The notes under the pieces were generated by a model. That model saw only the letters and a list, made by a program, of their open reading frames with translations, was not told where the DNA came from and did no database searches. This document shows positions 13,449-28,408 of a DNA stretch of 64,000 nt, piece after piece. Source of the stretch: the human T2T-CHM13v2.0 reference genome, Homo sapiens; NCBI RefSeq assembly GCF_009914755.1, contig NC_060947.1. One strand, 5' to 3'. The first letter of the stretch is position 1; the number at the start of each line of letters is the position of its first letter. Both the position numbers and the translations under genes were made by a program.

Positions 13449-13496
13449 ATGGCAAAGAATCCTCCAGAGAATTGTGAAGACTGTCACATTCTAAAT
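13449..13496 (+). CDS. TNMD: Tenomodulin exon 1 (MAKNPPENCEDCHILN)
   Basis: Kozak ACCATGG; GTAAGT donor at 13497; sequence recognised. Confidence 0.97.
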
Positions 13497-13660
13497 GTAA
13501 GTTGATTCATATTTTTTCCCTTTTGAGCAGAAGCATGGTTTCACAGATTTATCATATTGCAAAGTGAACATTAGAAAGTGGAATCAAAGGTGACTTTGAA
13601 TTATGGCTTGCTTATTGAGATTTATTGTGTATTGTTTTATTCTCTCTGTTCTTTGGTTAG

Positions 13661-13810
<150 letters not shown>

Positions 13811-14552
13811 TAATCTGATGCTTCTGTTCTGAGTTTGATTGAATTTAATTAGTAGGCATATAAATTATTCTGAAAATGAAAATCATTAAGTCTCTTTTGT
13901 GTTTATTTTCTGGTGGTATGAAAAACTGAATCAAGATTTTTCTCTCCTTCATTTGCCTAATTATTTTGGTAAGGGAAAAAAATTTATCTTCTATATTTTG
14001 GTTAGTAATGATAGGGTGTAGAATTACCCATTCTTCTATAATGCTTATATTTAAGGAGTTAAGACTCCTCCTAGGAGCAAAGTTTTTACCTTAAGAAAAA
14101 ATACTTTTAATCTTTCTTTCAATTATCTGGGCAGAAACTGATGGAAAAGTAATTAGACCACCACATAAGGAGAAACCACCCAAAGTGGCAGCAAAGGATT
14201 TTCAGGGATTATGTTTCTGACTTAATGCATCTGCAGTGAGAACAGGCAGCAAGCTGCTTTTCAGGAGGAGCAATTCTCATACCTGACTTCACATTTATTT
14301 ATGACTTTAAAAAGAAACTAGAGCTTTTCAGCTCCTTGCCAGCTGCAATCATCACTGTCCCACTGAGATAGCAATGCCACAAGGTAGAAGCATGCGACAC
14401 CAAGTCATTAATCACAGATAACTCAGAAAGCTTCTGATACTGGGGTCATTTGGTGAAGCTTGGCTAGCCACTGTAGTTTATATTTCTGTACCTTAGTGTT
14501 ATTGTTATTCCTGGGCTCATAGGCAATGGGCAAGTTTAGATATAAAATAAAT

Positions 14553-14588
14553 AAATAAAACCATAGTCCCAAATAAAACCATAGTCCC
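14553..14588. repeat. 18-bp tandem duplication
   Basis: AAATAAAACCATAGTCCC x2. Confidence 0.9.
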
Positions 14589-16694
14589 TTCATGCTCACA
14601 ATTTCCATTTGAAAGATAATCAACAAATATACAAACTACAAGTTGTGAAGATAGTTTTCTGGCTTTGCCATGTTTTTCTGTTGGTGTGTGGATTGCTGCT
14701 GAAGTTATTGTTATTACTGTTGTTAATTGGTTGTCATAAGATGCTCATTTCTATTTGGTAACAGATGTAGGGAGAAAAAAGCACAAATCCAGGAAGGAGG
14801 ATGATACAAGAAAATGGGTTGGCATGGACCGTTAGGAGCCAAAGGAGCAATAGGAGCAGAGAGAAAAAAATATGGGTCAGTGGGGAGAGAGAGGCAGAGC
14901 AGGAAAAGCAGAAAATAAGCTGGCTAAGTGTCTGAAAGATAACAGAGGTATAAAGCATAACCACCCTTGGGTTCTCCACCTCTGCTGTCATACCCACTTT
15001 CATTTAGTCCCAAAGGATATCTTATCAGGTTTAAGTAGGAGGGAGAGCAAGCCAGCCTACTTTGTTTGCCTTTTTATTTATACTTTGTTCCAGAAAAGAT
15101 TTCAGGCATCACCCAATGCCTATAGTTAGCCCTATCCCCTACTCCTCCTCCCCTTACTGCTCCTTGCTTCTGAACTACTTACCGTTCAAATGTCCTTCTA
15201 GAGAAGCCACCTGTGTTCAGGCTGGCAGGGTGGGTAAAGCAATCGAGATCAGGAAGGAAACAGCAAATTAATAAGAGAGCCAAAATGCATTCCAATACAA
15301 TTCTGGTACCACTTAGCTAATTCCCAAGGTGATATGTCACCCCACAAGTTGAACCTTGGATCCTCTTGAAAATTATCCATGAGTTAAAGGGCCATAAATC
15401 CTTTGTTCTCCACAGCCATAATGTACTTAACTGGGCATGGTGGATAGCTAGTCCTTTTGACCACCCTTAGATGCTTGCCTAAATAAGGGGCCAAATGGCC
15501 TTTCTTGTTTTATTGTTGTCATTGGTACTGCAAATGCTATTCCAAAAGAGTATATGTGTTTTTATAAATTTACAGTGCTATTTGCCTCAACGCAGCTATA
15601 AACGACTAGGTGGAGACCTTGCCTTTTTATTGCAAAGTGTCAAACTCACTTGCAGCTTCATGGTCTCCTCTCTTTCCCTATTATATCATCTTTACATCTC
15701 ATTCTAGTTCTGTTTTTAATGATTATAAGGAGCAATCCTATGATACCTCAAACCAAAATAAAACTTGGTCAGTGCATGCACAGAAGAGGTGGGATATGCT
15801 GCTGAATAAAGTTTATCAAAAATCAAACCTCTTGTGAAGTAATCCATTTTGGGATGTCATTTTCAGCAAAGGGACTCTCAGAAATGAACAAAGCTATTAT
15901 GAAGTAATCCAGATAAAGACAACAGGTGTCCCCTAGGGCAAGTTTCTCTACCATGAACAAATATTGTTGGTTTTCCATTCCAGTGGGGAGTTATGATTCA
16001 TTGTCTTTGATATTTAAGTCATGGCCTTCATAAGACCAGGTTTGGTTCATTGAAAACTAAGAAATCAGCTGGAAATGAGGATGCTTTACTTAGTCCACTA
16101 CTACCTTCAGGTCCCAGACAAAGATCTCAAGAGACCATCTATGTTTCCAATGGGTACGCCTATCAACAAGCCTGCCTTAGAGCAGACTTAAGAATTCTGG
16201 GAAGAGACTAGCAGTCAGATTAGTCTTGGAAGAGTTGCATAGGAAAGGGACACAGGCATCTTACATAAATTAAAGACTCTCCCCTTAATGGTATGGCCTA
16301 GCAAGAAACAACAGCAGATTAAAATCCAGGCTCTTTGGGCTTTCCTTAACAAATCTATGAGACTTGTTGGGACTCTGTGGCCCTTGGTAGAGAGAGCTGT
16401 GCATGCAACTGTGCTTATTGGTGGCAGTGATTTGTTTGCAGTCCTGGGATTTCCTCCAAGCTCTTAGTGTTTGCTCTCCTAGCCTCCACCACGCCTCCTT
16501 TTTATTTTGTCTTTCAACATCTGTGTATAATAAACAGTATTTATTTAACATCCCACATCTGGTGTTGACATTTCCATGCCAATAAGTCCTTCTCCTCACT
16601 CCCGCTTTGGTGTGTACAAAAGATCCAGATTCCTGTATCCAAATTGAGAACAAGCCATGCTTGACCTCCTCCCCTCACATACCTCAGGTCTGCG

Positions 16695-16757
16695 TGCACA
16701 CAGGTGTGCACACGCACAGACTCACACACACACAGACACACACACACACACACACAG
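16695..16757. repeat. Imperfect (CA)n microsatellite
   Basis: Direct reading. Confidence 0.9.
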
Positions 16758-19260
16758 ACCAGAGAGAGAATGAAATCAAAATAAAGTGAAACAAGGACGA
16801 CTAACTCTGGGTGAGCTGCTGCATTTTCTTACAGGTCCCAGGCCCCTGACCCACAGCCACATACAGGAGCCACCTGAGCTAAATGAAAGCCAGGTCCATC
16901 CAGCTCTGAATTCAGCTTTCTTAAACAAGCAGAAGAGACCTATTCAGTCCCAGCAATTTTGAGAAAGCATCGTAATGAGGCTCCCCTTCTAGGCAGTGAC
17001 TGCCCTGGGATCATTGAAGCAGAATCACCAAAGAAACATTCTTGCTTAAAGCCCCCTGTATTACACATTTTACTGGAAACAGTCAGAAGCCAACTCCTCA
17101 GCTAATTAATCCAACATGAAGCAAACAAATCAGAAAAATCCTAGCCCTTAAACCAACAGTTTAGAAACTTAGCACAGACCTTGTAGCCCATCCCTGCCAA
17201 TCCTTTGTGGAGCGAGGCAGAAGAATCATACATTTAATAAATGAAAGAGTGTCCTTACTGCCTTACATAGGAGCTGCCTGGTGACTTTAGGGTTGTTTGA
17301 AAGCCATCAGGACCACAGTAATCAATAGATTCGTGAGGATGTTCCTTCAACTTCTATATATTACCAGAGCAATGAGGAGTGGTAGGGATAAGCGGGCACT
17401 TTTCTGCCCTCCTGCCACACCTCAGTTGCAGGTGATCACTAAAACAGTCTCCCCCAGCGTTGTGAGTCCACTATCATTCTAGGTTGAAAATCCTTTGCTC
17501 AGAAGAAGCACTTTCTTGACGAGTCTGATTGCAACATTTTGTGCGTGCCTATTTCTTGGCACGCACAATTGGGCATTAGCCCAATATTAACTTTTTTCGC
17601 TCCTCTCTAGGCACACAAGGAAGACAACTTTTTTCTCCAGGTCCCCTGGGCTTTCCTACACCACAGTCCGGTGGGTGAAATGTGGGTCTAGAGAAACATT
17701 AATATACCCTCAAGGAAAAAGTTGAAGGAGTAGCCGGAATATTTTTGGCAGGGAGACTGAGCTTTACCAGATGGTGCCATGTTGGCATTTTCAAAAAAAA
17801 AAAAAAAAAAAAGACCTCTCTTCATTTTCCTCTTAAAGCATTGTGAGACCCAGGTCCACCCTTGTACAACTCTCACTGGGCCAGCTCTTATTCTGGGCTA
17901 CTCAAGGGCAGCTCCCAGCAATTATGTGGAGCCAGGCTGTGGCTGTGATGGGCATGTTCTTCTTAGTCAGTCTCTTCATTCTCCTAAGGCAGCATTTGCT
18001 GAACAACTTATATGACACCAGGATGAAGAGCCTGGGCCTTCAAAGACAGCTGTTCTGGAGTGGTTGAGAGTGGAATTGGGGCTGTGGAGGAAGTAGCCTG
18101 GATGATCAACAGATAGTGGCAGTAGGCGTAGTCCAGTGATCAACCTGACAGGTTGATCTGAGCAAATCTCAGCAGACTTTGCTAACTATCTAACATTACA
18201 GATGAAAAGGGGTAAAGGATTAAAATAGGAACTGAGTCCCTAGAGACACTCAGTGATTTGCCCAAAATCACACAGCTTGTAAGTGGTGGGGTTAAGGTTA
18301 GAACTAGAGGCTAGTCTGAAGATTCTTTCCACTATTCTTCAGCTGCATTTAAGAATCAGGGATGGGGATAATGGGTAGGAGAAAAACTTACTGGTCAGCT
18401 CAAGTCTGTAGATAAAAGAAGTAGCTTTTTCTTGTTGAAAAAGAATGTCTGTGCTGCTTATGCCAATATTTTGCATATTGCCAAATGGTGATTGAAGATG
18501 CAGAACTCTAACTTTGCATAAGGAACAATCTGTCTGCTCTGTGTTGGTAAAGAAATACCCAGAGGCCCTTTAATTCCCCCAAGTTAGGTTAATAATAATA
18601 TGGTACAGTGCATTCTCTTCCCTTCCTTCCAGCCTAACACCTGCTAGCCAGCTATTCTGAGCATGTATTTCACCTTTGGAGAGTGTACCTCATAACAGAC
18701 AGTAAGGGATGAAGATGGAGTGAAGAGCAGCTAGATTAATCACAGGCTTCAAAAAACAAACCTAAGCCAAATGTCCTCAAATCCCTGTCAGGACAGGCTA
18801 AAGCTTCTTGCCCCTAAAACAGATCCATCACACTGAGGTCTGAGATAGCTTTACCTTTTCTAAATAGCTTTCTTTTCTGATCTCAGGGACTGCCACAGAG
18901 GCAAGAAAACAAGGAAAACTGTGAAAGAGGGATGTTAGGGCTCATTTGCTGCCTGAATGGAGGATTTAACTGGACTGAAGACAGAATTCCTGGGCAGGGA
19001 AGAAAAATGGGTTGTGTCCTCTACATATTTTGTCAGTGTGGTCTTCTTACACTTCTCACTGCCTGGACTTAACCACATATCTGTCTCATTTCACTTCTGA
19101 TTCCTATTCCACTCCATTGGCTTCCTTGTTCCATTCCAGTGTTCTGGTTCTTATAGTTAAGGCCAGCCTTATGTGTGGGTGGAGTAAGAGCCCATTTGAG
19201 TGGTGCTGGAAAGATGCCCTTGCCCCCAAATATCTCCCATTCCTCGTGCCACTGTGCCTA

Positions 19261-19312
19261 TTAGATTGGTGCAAAAGTAACTGTGGTTTTAGCCATTGAA
19301 AGTAATGGCAAA
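19261..19312. mobile_element. MADE1 (Hsmar1-derived MITE), one arm truncated
   Basis: TTAGATTGGTGCAAAAGTAACTGTGGTTTTAGCCATTGAAAGTAATGGCAAA preceded by TA. Confidence 0.85.
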
Positions 19313-22279
19313 GTAATAAAGTAATAAAATCCACTATTAGTACTTCATTCCTCTGAGTGAAGTATTGCACTCAAATTTTTAAACAGACAAATATTCATCA
19401 CTAATATCTAAGTGTGAAATCATGGGTCAGATTGATTTCTTCTTTGTCATAAGGTACCTGAAGCACCACGAGATTCCTAGATGTCTAGACAGGAGACAAA
19501 GGGACAGAAATGGGAAGAGAAAGGGGAAGGGCTATGAGGGTATAGAATGAACAGAATATGAAAATAGAGCAGAAAAGGAAAGCTAGAAGCACCAAAAATT
19601 AACTCTCTCTATTTTCCAATTGGGCAGGGGTGTACTCCTCATCATATTCTGTCCTTGCTCTATCCTCCCTGGAATAAAGCTGAGTTGGAGGCAGCTGAGA
19701 TGAGCTACTTGTAGCCCACTCACACCTCTCTTCAGGCCAGTCATCCTGTCTCTGCTTTAGCTTGCTCCTGGAGAGGACAAAGCCATTTATTCTTTCATCT
19801 CCAGAAAGACCTTCAACCCCTGAGCCAGGAAGCTTAGTAGAGAGCAAAGTACTTGTGATGCCAAAGGCATGAGCTCAGTCTTCATACGGGCCAGTGAAGC
19901 TTGCATAGCCATTACCCAAGCAATGTGCTCCACAGGGACCCAGGCGAGACAGTGTGTCTGGATTTGCTCATACCCATCTCCAAACAGTCCAAAGTGGGCC
20001 ACCAGCATCATCTTCCTAGACGAAGAACAGTCTGTTCCAAAAGGACACCTTTGATAGTGGAATTCTGTCTGGGTGAATATATAGCTCCCCACTCCTACCC
20101 CCTACCAAGGATTCACACATAAACGAAGTCATTCTGTTCCCACTCTAGTAACTTATCATTACTAACATAAAGCCAACAAGTTGGTTAATGAACACAATCA
20201 GAATGGACCCCTTCTCCCCTACCAAAAAAACTCTTTGCAGGAATGTTGAAAATAATCAAGATCTGCTGAGCTTGGCAGTTTCCAATAGTTTTCATCTAGC
20301 AAGGTGTCCAAGTAAAGTGCATTGCCAACAGTGCAGGAAAACTCATTCCACAGAAGCACACTGAAATTCTAAATGTCACCAGTAGGTTCCATAGTCTTCT
20401 ACCAGTGATTGAAAATACAGCCTGTATTTTCTCTTTCGCCCAGGTAGGCAGTGTTCCAGCATCCCCTAGTCTCTAACCTCATTTTTCCATACAATAATCC
20501 ATCAGTGGTGCTACTGATGAAATAAACACCCCACCGCAGCCCCCAATGGCTAGTGGCATCAACATTTGTCTCAAAAATGGATAGTATTTCTAACAAAATT
20601 CCCCCGTTGGGAGAGCTGACAGGACTGGATCTGAAGTGGATGCCTCTCTTTTCTACTTAGGTCAGACAGACTGAGAGCTCAATTTGTTGCCACAGGTAGA
20701 AGTTTCTCTTCTCAAGCTGGCTGCAGAGCTGGAACTGAGGACATATTTATTGCTAGAAGCAAATAACAAACCTAAAGGAATTTGCTACCTATCACAAACC
20801 AGGCCAGACTTCCTGAGTTAACTCTGCAGTTGCCAGAGAGTTCTAAGTATTGTTTTTCTTTCACTTTTAAAATGGTTTTTTTAAAAGACCTTGCCAATAC
20901 TCAAAAATGTCTCTTTAGGAAGATAAGGATGTGCCATTGGTGGGGACAACTTATTCAACAAATACTTAGGTTCCAACCATGTCCAAGGCACTGTAGGGCT
21001 ACCAAGAGGTAAATGACATTGTCTCTTGTTTTTCTCTTCAGCAGCTACATTAGACTTGTCACCCTTGAAGTAACACTTGCTTCTACAAATGGTTCCAATT
21101 TGTTTTTCTCTAGTTGAGTTGGTGAATATTTGACCAGGTTAAACTAACATTCAGTCAATGGCATCAGCAGAGACTAAAAAATGACCCAACCTGGTGTAAG
21201 TTCTCTATAAGGCTGCCACTGGGAACCGTATCATTAGAAAGCAATGTGGGCTCTGAAGAAGACTTGCTTTTTCAGGCTTTTAGTTTCCCAGATTTTTTTC
21301 ATAAGGAAAAATGAACATGGAGAAACTCGATAAACAAAGGTCTCCTAATGACAGAGATAAGATAGACTTCCAAAAGGCATCATCAGGTCTGGCCTGGTTT
21401 GTGACAGATAACAAATTCCTTTATGCTTATTTGCTTCTACCTATAAATATGTCCTAAAACTATAAGTTATGGGCTTACTCCTAAACTGCAGTGCCATATG
21501 GGACTGGTCCTCTTGGTCTTTAGAAATACAATTGCCTCTTTTAGAGTGCAGGAGAAAATCTGGGGTTTTGTTTTAGCCACTCAAGAAAGACCTGATGAGC
21601 AGTCTTTCTTCTTGGGAGGCTCCATGTTACTTAATGCAGGACACTTGGCTCAGTTGGCTTAATTCCATATACACAAAAGAATCCGTAGAACTTGAAAACA
21701 ACTGAATATGGCTTGGGAAACAGAACCCAGGAATAAACTGGGTGGGGTTGGTTGCCGTATAAAGAGAAGGCTAAGGGAAGGCAATAAATGTTTCCTGGAG
21801 TTTAAGGGGCAAAAGGAAGCAAACAGAGCAGGGTAGGGCTCTAATATTGGCAAGGAGAAAGTCTTCAGATTCTAAAAGGAATAGACTCAAGGCTGTTGTG
21901 GCAATATTAAAGCCCTGGATAAATAAGGAGACAAAAAACACTTAACCATTTTAAGTGTATTCAAATCTCTTTCTAAGCCCTAATGAATTTCACGGGTGAG
22001 GGGCGGGGCAGTAAGGGGGGGGTCGTGATTACTTAGCACTTGGAAAGGGAAGTGGTAGCTTAAAGAAGCAGCATAGGTTTTAGGTGATCCCTCAGCTTAA
22101 CACAAGGGGAAAATACTTTATAGGCTGGTTTGCAAACTATCATTTGCTGTTTAGTCAAGGCTGCCAAGAAAACTGTTGGAATTCTTAGTAATTAGCTCAG
22201 CAGCTTGGCTTGAATTCAAAATACCAGCTCTGAAGGGATCCCCATATCAGCTCCAGCGCCAAAAAGCACCTCACTTTAG

Positions 22280-22486
<207 letters not shown>

Positions 22487-22545
22487 TAAGGCTTTCCACT
22501 TAAAATATTAGAGCAGTTGAGTCAAGTTAAAAATAGCCTCCATCT

Positions 22546-22605
22546 AAAATTTGAATTCAAATGGAAAGCTAGCCTCCTCTAGCTTTCCATTTGAATTCAA
22601 ATTTT
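22546..22605. repeat. Perfect 27-bp inverted repeat with 6-nt spacer
   Basis: AAAATTTGAATTCAAATGGAAAGCTAG-cctcct-CTAGCTTTCCATTTGAATTCAAATTTT. Confidence 0.97.
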
Positions 22606-22690
22606 GCTAGTCTGGGACCCCAACAGATCATGGAACTTACTAATAGTGGCTCTTTTGGGAAGCTTTATTGTTGTTTTGTCTGTTTTATAG

Positions 22691-23070
<380 letters not shown>

Positions 23071-23701
23071 ATACCCGGGCACCCATTAACATTATGTTGA
23101 TTTTCTCTGAAACCAAAGATTTCTAGTAAGAGGGATGAGCCAGAGAAACAAAATCAATCTTGCCTCAGATAAAGCGTTTTTAAAAAAGAAAGTTCCAAAG
23201 CCACCTGGGGTTCTTGCCACTTTTGTCACACTTCAGTATTCACCTATTTTAAAGATTGTGGTTCATTCACCTTACCATTTTATGCTGGGCTGCTAATGGA
23301 ATAATTCACATTTAACCTCAGTAGGAAAGGCAAAAGCAAAGAAGGTGAACACTGCAATGGGATACAAATTCTCTGAAAACACCCTGCTAGACCAAAGTAA
23401 GGCAACCTAGGGTGCTGGTGAAATCACTGAATGGCCCTTTAAAACCTAATGGGAGATGGATGTTATTGCCTAAAATACAACGATCTGTAAGGCCCTTGAG
23501 GCTCTTTATTGTTCCCTGATATTTTGTCTATAATTACAGTATGGTTTTATTAGTGGGAGGAGAAGGGGGACCTCAGTTAAGGTCATATTGTGACAGCATA
23601 TCCCCACTATAGCAAGAAAAAACAAACATTGGTTTGGTTTGGTTTAGTGCTTAGTTGCCAAATCTAAAGTGGAATTATGGCAATGGCAGAATGATCTTTC
23701 T

Positions 23702-23844
23702 TCTTCTTCTTCTTCTTCTTTGTATTTTTAGTAGAGACGGGGTTTCACCATAGCCAGGATGGTCTCAATCTCCTGACCTCATGATCCGCCCGCCTAGGCC
23801 TCTCAAAGTGCTGGGATTACAGGCATCAGCCACCGCGCCCAGCC
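23702..23844 (-). mobile_element. Alu left monomer only (Y/Sc type) with (GAA)n tail
   Basis: TSD ATGGCAGA(A/G)TGATCTTTCT at 23683-23701 and 23845-23863. Confidence 0.9.
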
Positions 23845-24471
23845 ATGGCAGAGTGATCTTTCTATAAACTATAAAAACCTCTTTCTTTCTTTCTTTCTTT
23901 CTTCTCTCTCTCCCTGTTCTTTTTCACTTTTCTCCCACCCAGCTCCCTCCATCTTGATTCTCACCAACCCATTTATCTTTTCCTTTACCTTTTTCTTTAC
24001 CTTTTTCTTTATTTGGGGGCGGTGGGTGGGGAGGACTATTTTTCTTTCCCTTACCCAAGTCTTAGAGCTGTCATTGGCTCCCACTTTACTCTTTCATGCT
24101 ACTGGTCTCCTCGGGGCCAGAGGAGTTACAGACCCTTGTTACTAGAATTTGCAAGAAAAAAAAGAACGTTCTCCCAAAGATGATGCTCTGCTCCCAAGGT
24201 CTACGGTAGTGACAAAGTTTGGAGACTTTTTTTAAAGTAAGCATAAGTTAGATGCATCTGAGGAATAGATCGACGTTCAGGATATTAGGAATGACTATAG
24301 AAGGCAAAGGTAAGATAAAAGGAAAATCAATAGGATTAAAAAGCTACTATACACAATAACATATGCTGATTACATACAGAAAATAATGTAAGCATTTGAG
24401 TAGGCCACTCAGCAATGAGAACCTGAAGTGATATAATAGGATTTATTTTTTTGAAAGATTAAGGCAAAGGA

Positions 24472-24790
24472 GGCGGGGCACGGTGGCTCACGCCTATAAT
24501 CCCAGCCCTTTGGGAGGCCGAAGAGGGGGATCACTGGAGGTCAGGAGTTCGAGACCACTCTGGCCAACATGGTGAAAACCCATCTCTACTAAAACAAAAC
24601 AAAACAAAACAAAATTAGCCGGGCATGGTGGCGTGTGCCTGTAATCCCAGCTACTGAAGAGGATGAGGTGGGAGGATCACTTGAACCCGGGAGGTGGAGG
24701 TTTCAGTAAGCCGAGTTTGCGCCACTGCACTCCAGCCTGGGTGACAGAGCGGGACTCAGTGTCAAAAAATAAATAAATAAACAAAAAATA
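24472..24790 (+). mobile_element. Alu (S type)
   Basis: Full dimer; TSD AAGGCAAAGG at 24461-24470 and 24791-24800. Confidence 0.95.
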
Positions 24791-25915
24791 AAGGCAAAGG
24801 CTCATAATGTCTCATTTTGGCCCTAATTTAGTCTTCAGTTAATTTCACCAAATATTTTAAATAACGCAAATTCATTTCATGATAGTAAGAACACTGTACC
24901 TTCAAGTAAATCTTGTTTTTTATATTCACGCCACAGATTTTTTTTTAATGAGACAAATTTGTGGTCCTGAATGACAAAAACCTTCTTCTGTAATTCCCTC
25001 CACACTGTATCCATGGCATGTGTATTTTAAACATGCAGAGCAGGTATATAAATAGCCCTGATTTTGCTAACAAAGCTAGTCAGCATACCAACCTCATTTT
25101 ATACAATTCCTTTCAATGCATCTCAAGGTCGTTACAGACTCAAGGACAAAGGTGCTAAGACTTTAGAATTGTAAATGATTCCGGGAGAAATTAGTAAGAA
25201 CTAGGTATACAACACAATTACCTCAATACTAGAAACTGAAGAGAAAGTGGCATCCTTCACAATATAAAAAAAGCTGCTTAAAGGAAAAACACTCTGTGAG
25301 ATAAACTCTAAGCATTTACAATGAAAGGAATGCAATAGTAGGAAGGCCAGTGAAGTCATAAACTGGAGACTTGCCTTTAAAACATAAAAGGAAATCTTTT
25401 GTACTATAACTAGCTACCATCAACAGGCAAATCTTGTAAAACCAAAATATTAGATTACATTGTTATTGAATTGATCTCACCAGTTTGGATTATAGGAGTT
25501 TTGTCAGCTTCGGGTCAAATCCTGCTTGCCACCCAAGATGCAAACCTAAAATAAGGCAGGCTAATAAAATGTATTTATAAAAAAGAAAACAAATGTAAAT
25601 CACTTAGGGTTCCAGAAGCTCAAGTTAAAACATACACAGACCCAGGGCACCCTGAAAATAACGAAGCCCCTTTCTGACTTTGAGTGAAATGGTAACAGAG
25701 AAGGCTCCTACTTTAGTAAGCAGTCTTGCTGTTAGACCCAGGAAGGAGGAAGGATCAGTTGTTAACTCCCCCAAGGGCACCCACTGAATGCAAGGCACAG
25801 AGCTAGTTCACCAGCAGCCCTAGGATTAAAATTGTTACACTCAAAATATATTGCTTTCCAGCATCCCATAATGTCTCACTTGTTCTACTAATTTCTCTGC
25901 CAATCCCTACCCTAA

Positions 25916-26131
<216 letters not shown>

Positions 26132-26779
26132 TAACAGGTTAATGTTCCCAGCATTTAGAGGCTACATTTCTAGGAAAACAAATGATCGGTTTATATCTTC
26201 TTGGATGAGTCTATATATGCTGACTGCCAGTGAGGAGGGAATTTTTCACAGCCAAGTTATAAATCAGATAAATTAATGTTGACAGGCTTTTAAATATCCC
26301 AGCAAAGGTAACACCACCCTAATGTGACTAGTGATAGCAAAAAACTAATCTGTCTCTCTTTGCACATCTATATTCATTGCAGTCGGTATGCCAGACTATT
26401 GCTCAAACCACTGTGGGTCCAACCCAAGAATAGAGGAGAGAAGGGCAAAAACAATGCTCTGCTATCAAGAAGGATTCCCTATGTCAAATGGTGGCATTTT
26501 CCTTAGAAGATAGGACAATCACTGCAATACAAATTTCTTTGTTGCTGTTTTAGGAATTACTATAAAAATAGTTGAGGGCTTGATGTCCAGAGTAGAAGAG
26601 TCCAGCCCTCAACTTCCAGTCAGCCCATAGAGAAGGTAAAGGCCCCTGGATGTCTTAGTCTGTTTAGCTAACATGGAATTTGGCCTCCCTCATTCTGCAC
26701 AGCATAGATTACTCTATTACCCAAGAGAGGTTATTCTCACCAATGTAAGCATCTGTGGGTACTCTTTAGAGATATTAAA

Positions 26780-27045
26780 AAGGTGACTAAATGCAGTGTG
26801 GTATCCTGGACTGGATGCTGGAACAGAAAAAAACATTAGTAGAAATACTAATGAAATCTGAATAAAGTCTGTAGTTTAGTTAATAACATTGTACCAATTC
26901 TAACTTCTGATTTTTGATCATTGTACCATGGTTATGTGAGGTAACATTAGGGGAAACCGGGTGAAGAATATGTGAACTCTGTACTATTTCTGCAACTCTT
27001 CCATAAATCTAAGATTATTTCTAAACAGAAAGTTTAAAAAAAATT
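26780..27045 (+). mobile_element. Old L1M (L1MC-like) 3' end
   Basis: ACTAAATGCAGTGTGGTATCCTGGACTGGAT..GAACTCTGTACTATTTCTGCAACT..AAAGTTTAAAAAA. Confidence 0.75.
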
Positions 27046-27327
27046 TAAGACAAGAAACATAAGGGAAGTGGGAGGACAGAGGATGTCAAATCAATTCAGG
27101 CAACCAAGAAATATTTATTGAGCATCTACATGGGTAAAATCATCATTGTAGGAGATACAGAAGTCCCTTGTCCTCAGTTTTTAATTTAGTGTGCTATTAA
27201 GTCAAAGCAGTAAATGTTTGATGCCAAAGAAGCAAAGAAGTTTGTGTATGTAGAAATGATCAGGCTTGTTTTGGAAACTACTCTAAAATATCAGCTGAAG
27301 GAGCTTGGAAAAGTGGTCCATGCCTAA

Positions 27328-27636
<309 letters not shown>

Positions 27637-27793
27637 TGATAGAGGAGGAAAAAAGAGCCCTCACAAAACTTACTACCCCTCAGATCACAATCATTGGAAG
27701 GAGAACGATCATGGCTTTAACAAAAAAAAAAAAATGTTTAAGAAACTTGGAATCTCCAGGAGGCTCATTCAAAATCAATCTCGATCTCTGTAG

Positions 27794-28147
<354 letters not shown>

Positions 28148-28189
28148 TAGGAGGTTTGAGCTCAAATGCTTAAACTGCTGGCAACATAT

Positions 28190-28297
28190 AATAAATGCAT
28201 GCTATTCAATGAATTTCTGCCTATGAGGCATCTGGCCCCTGGTAGCCAGCTCTCCAGAATTACTTGTAGGTAATTCCTCTCTTCATGTTCTAATAAA
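28190..28297 (+). terminator. TNMD: TNMD polyadenylation signals
   Basis: AATAAA at 28190-28195 and 28292-28297. Confidence 0.75.
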
Positions 28298-28408
28298 CTT
28301 CTACATTATCACCAACAGCCTGATTGCTGCTGAACACACTGGGTAAGTGTTTGCTGAGAATATTCACAGCAACTGAAATGGAGCAGACCCGTCAAACATA
28401 GATGACTA

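Noticed and set aside
19599-20122. Four overlapping ORFs on both strands in TNMD intron 2 suggesting a pseudogene or nested gene
   Set aside because: No recognisable protein similarity, poly(A) remnant or TSD. A tBLASTx search would settle it.
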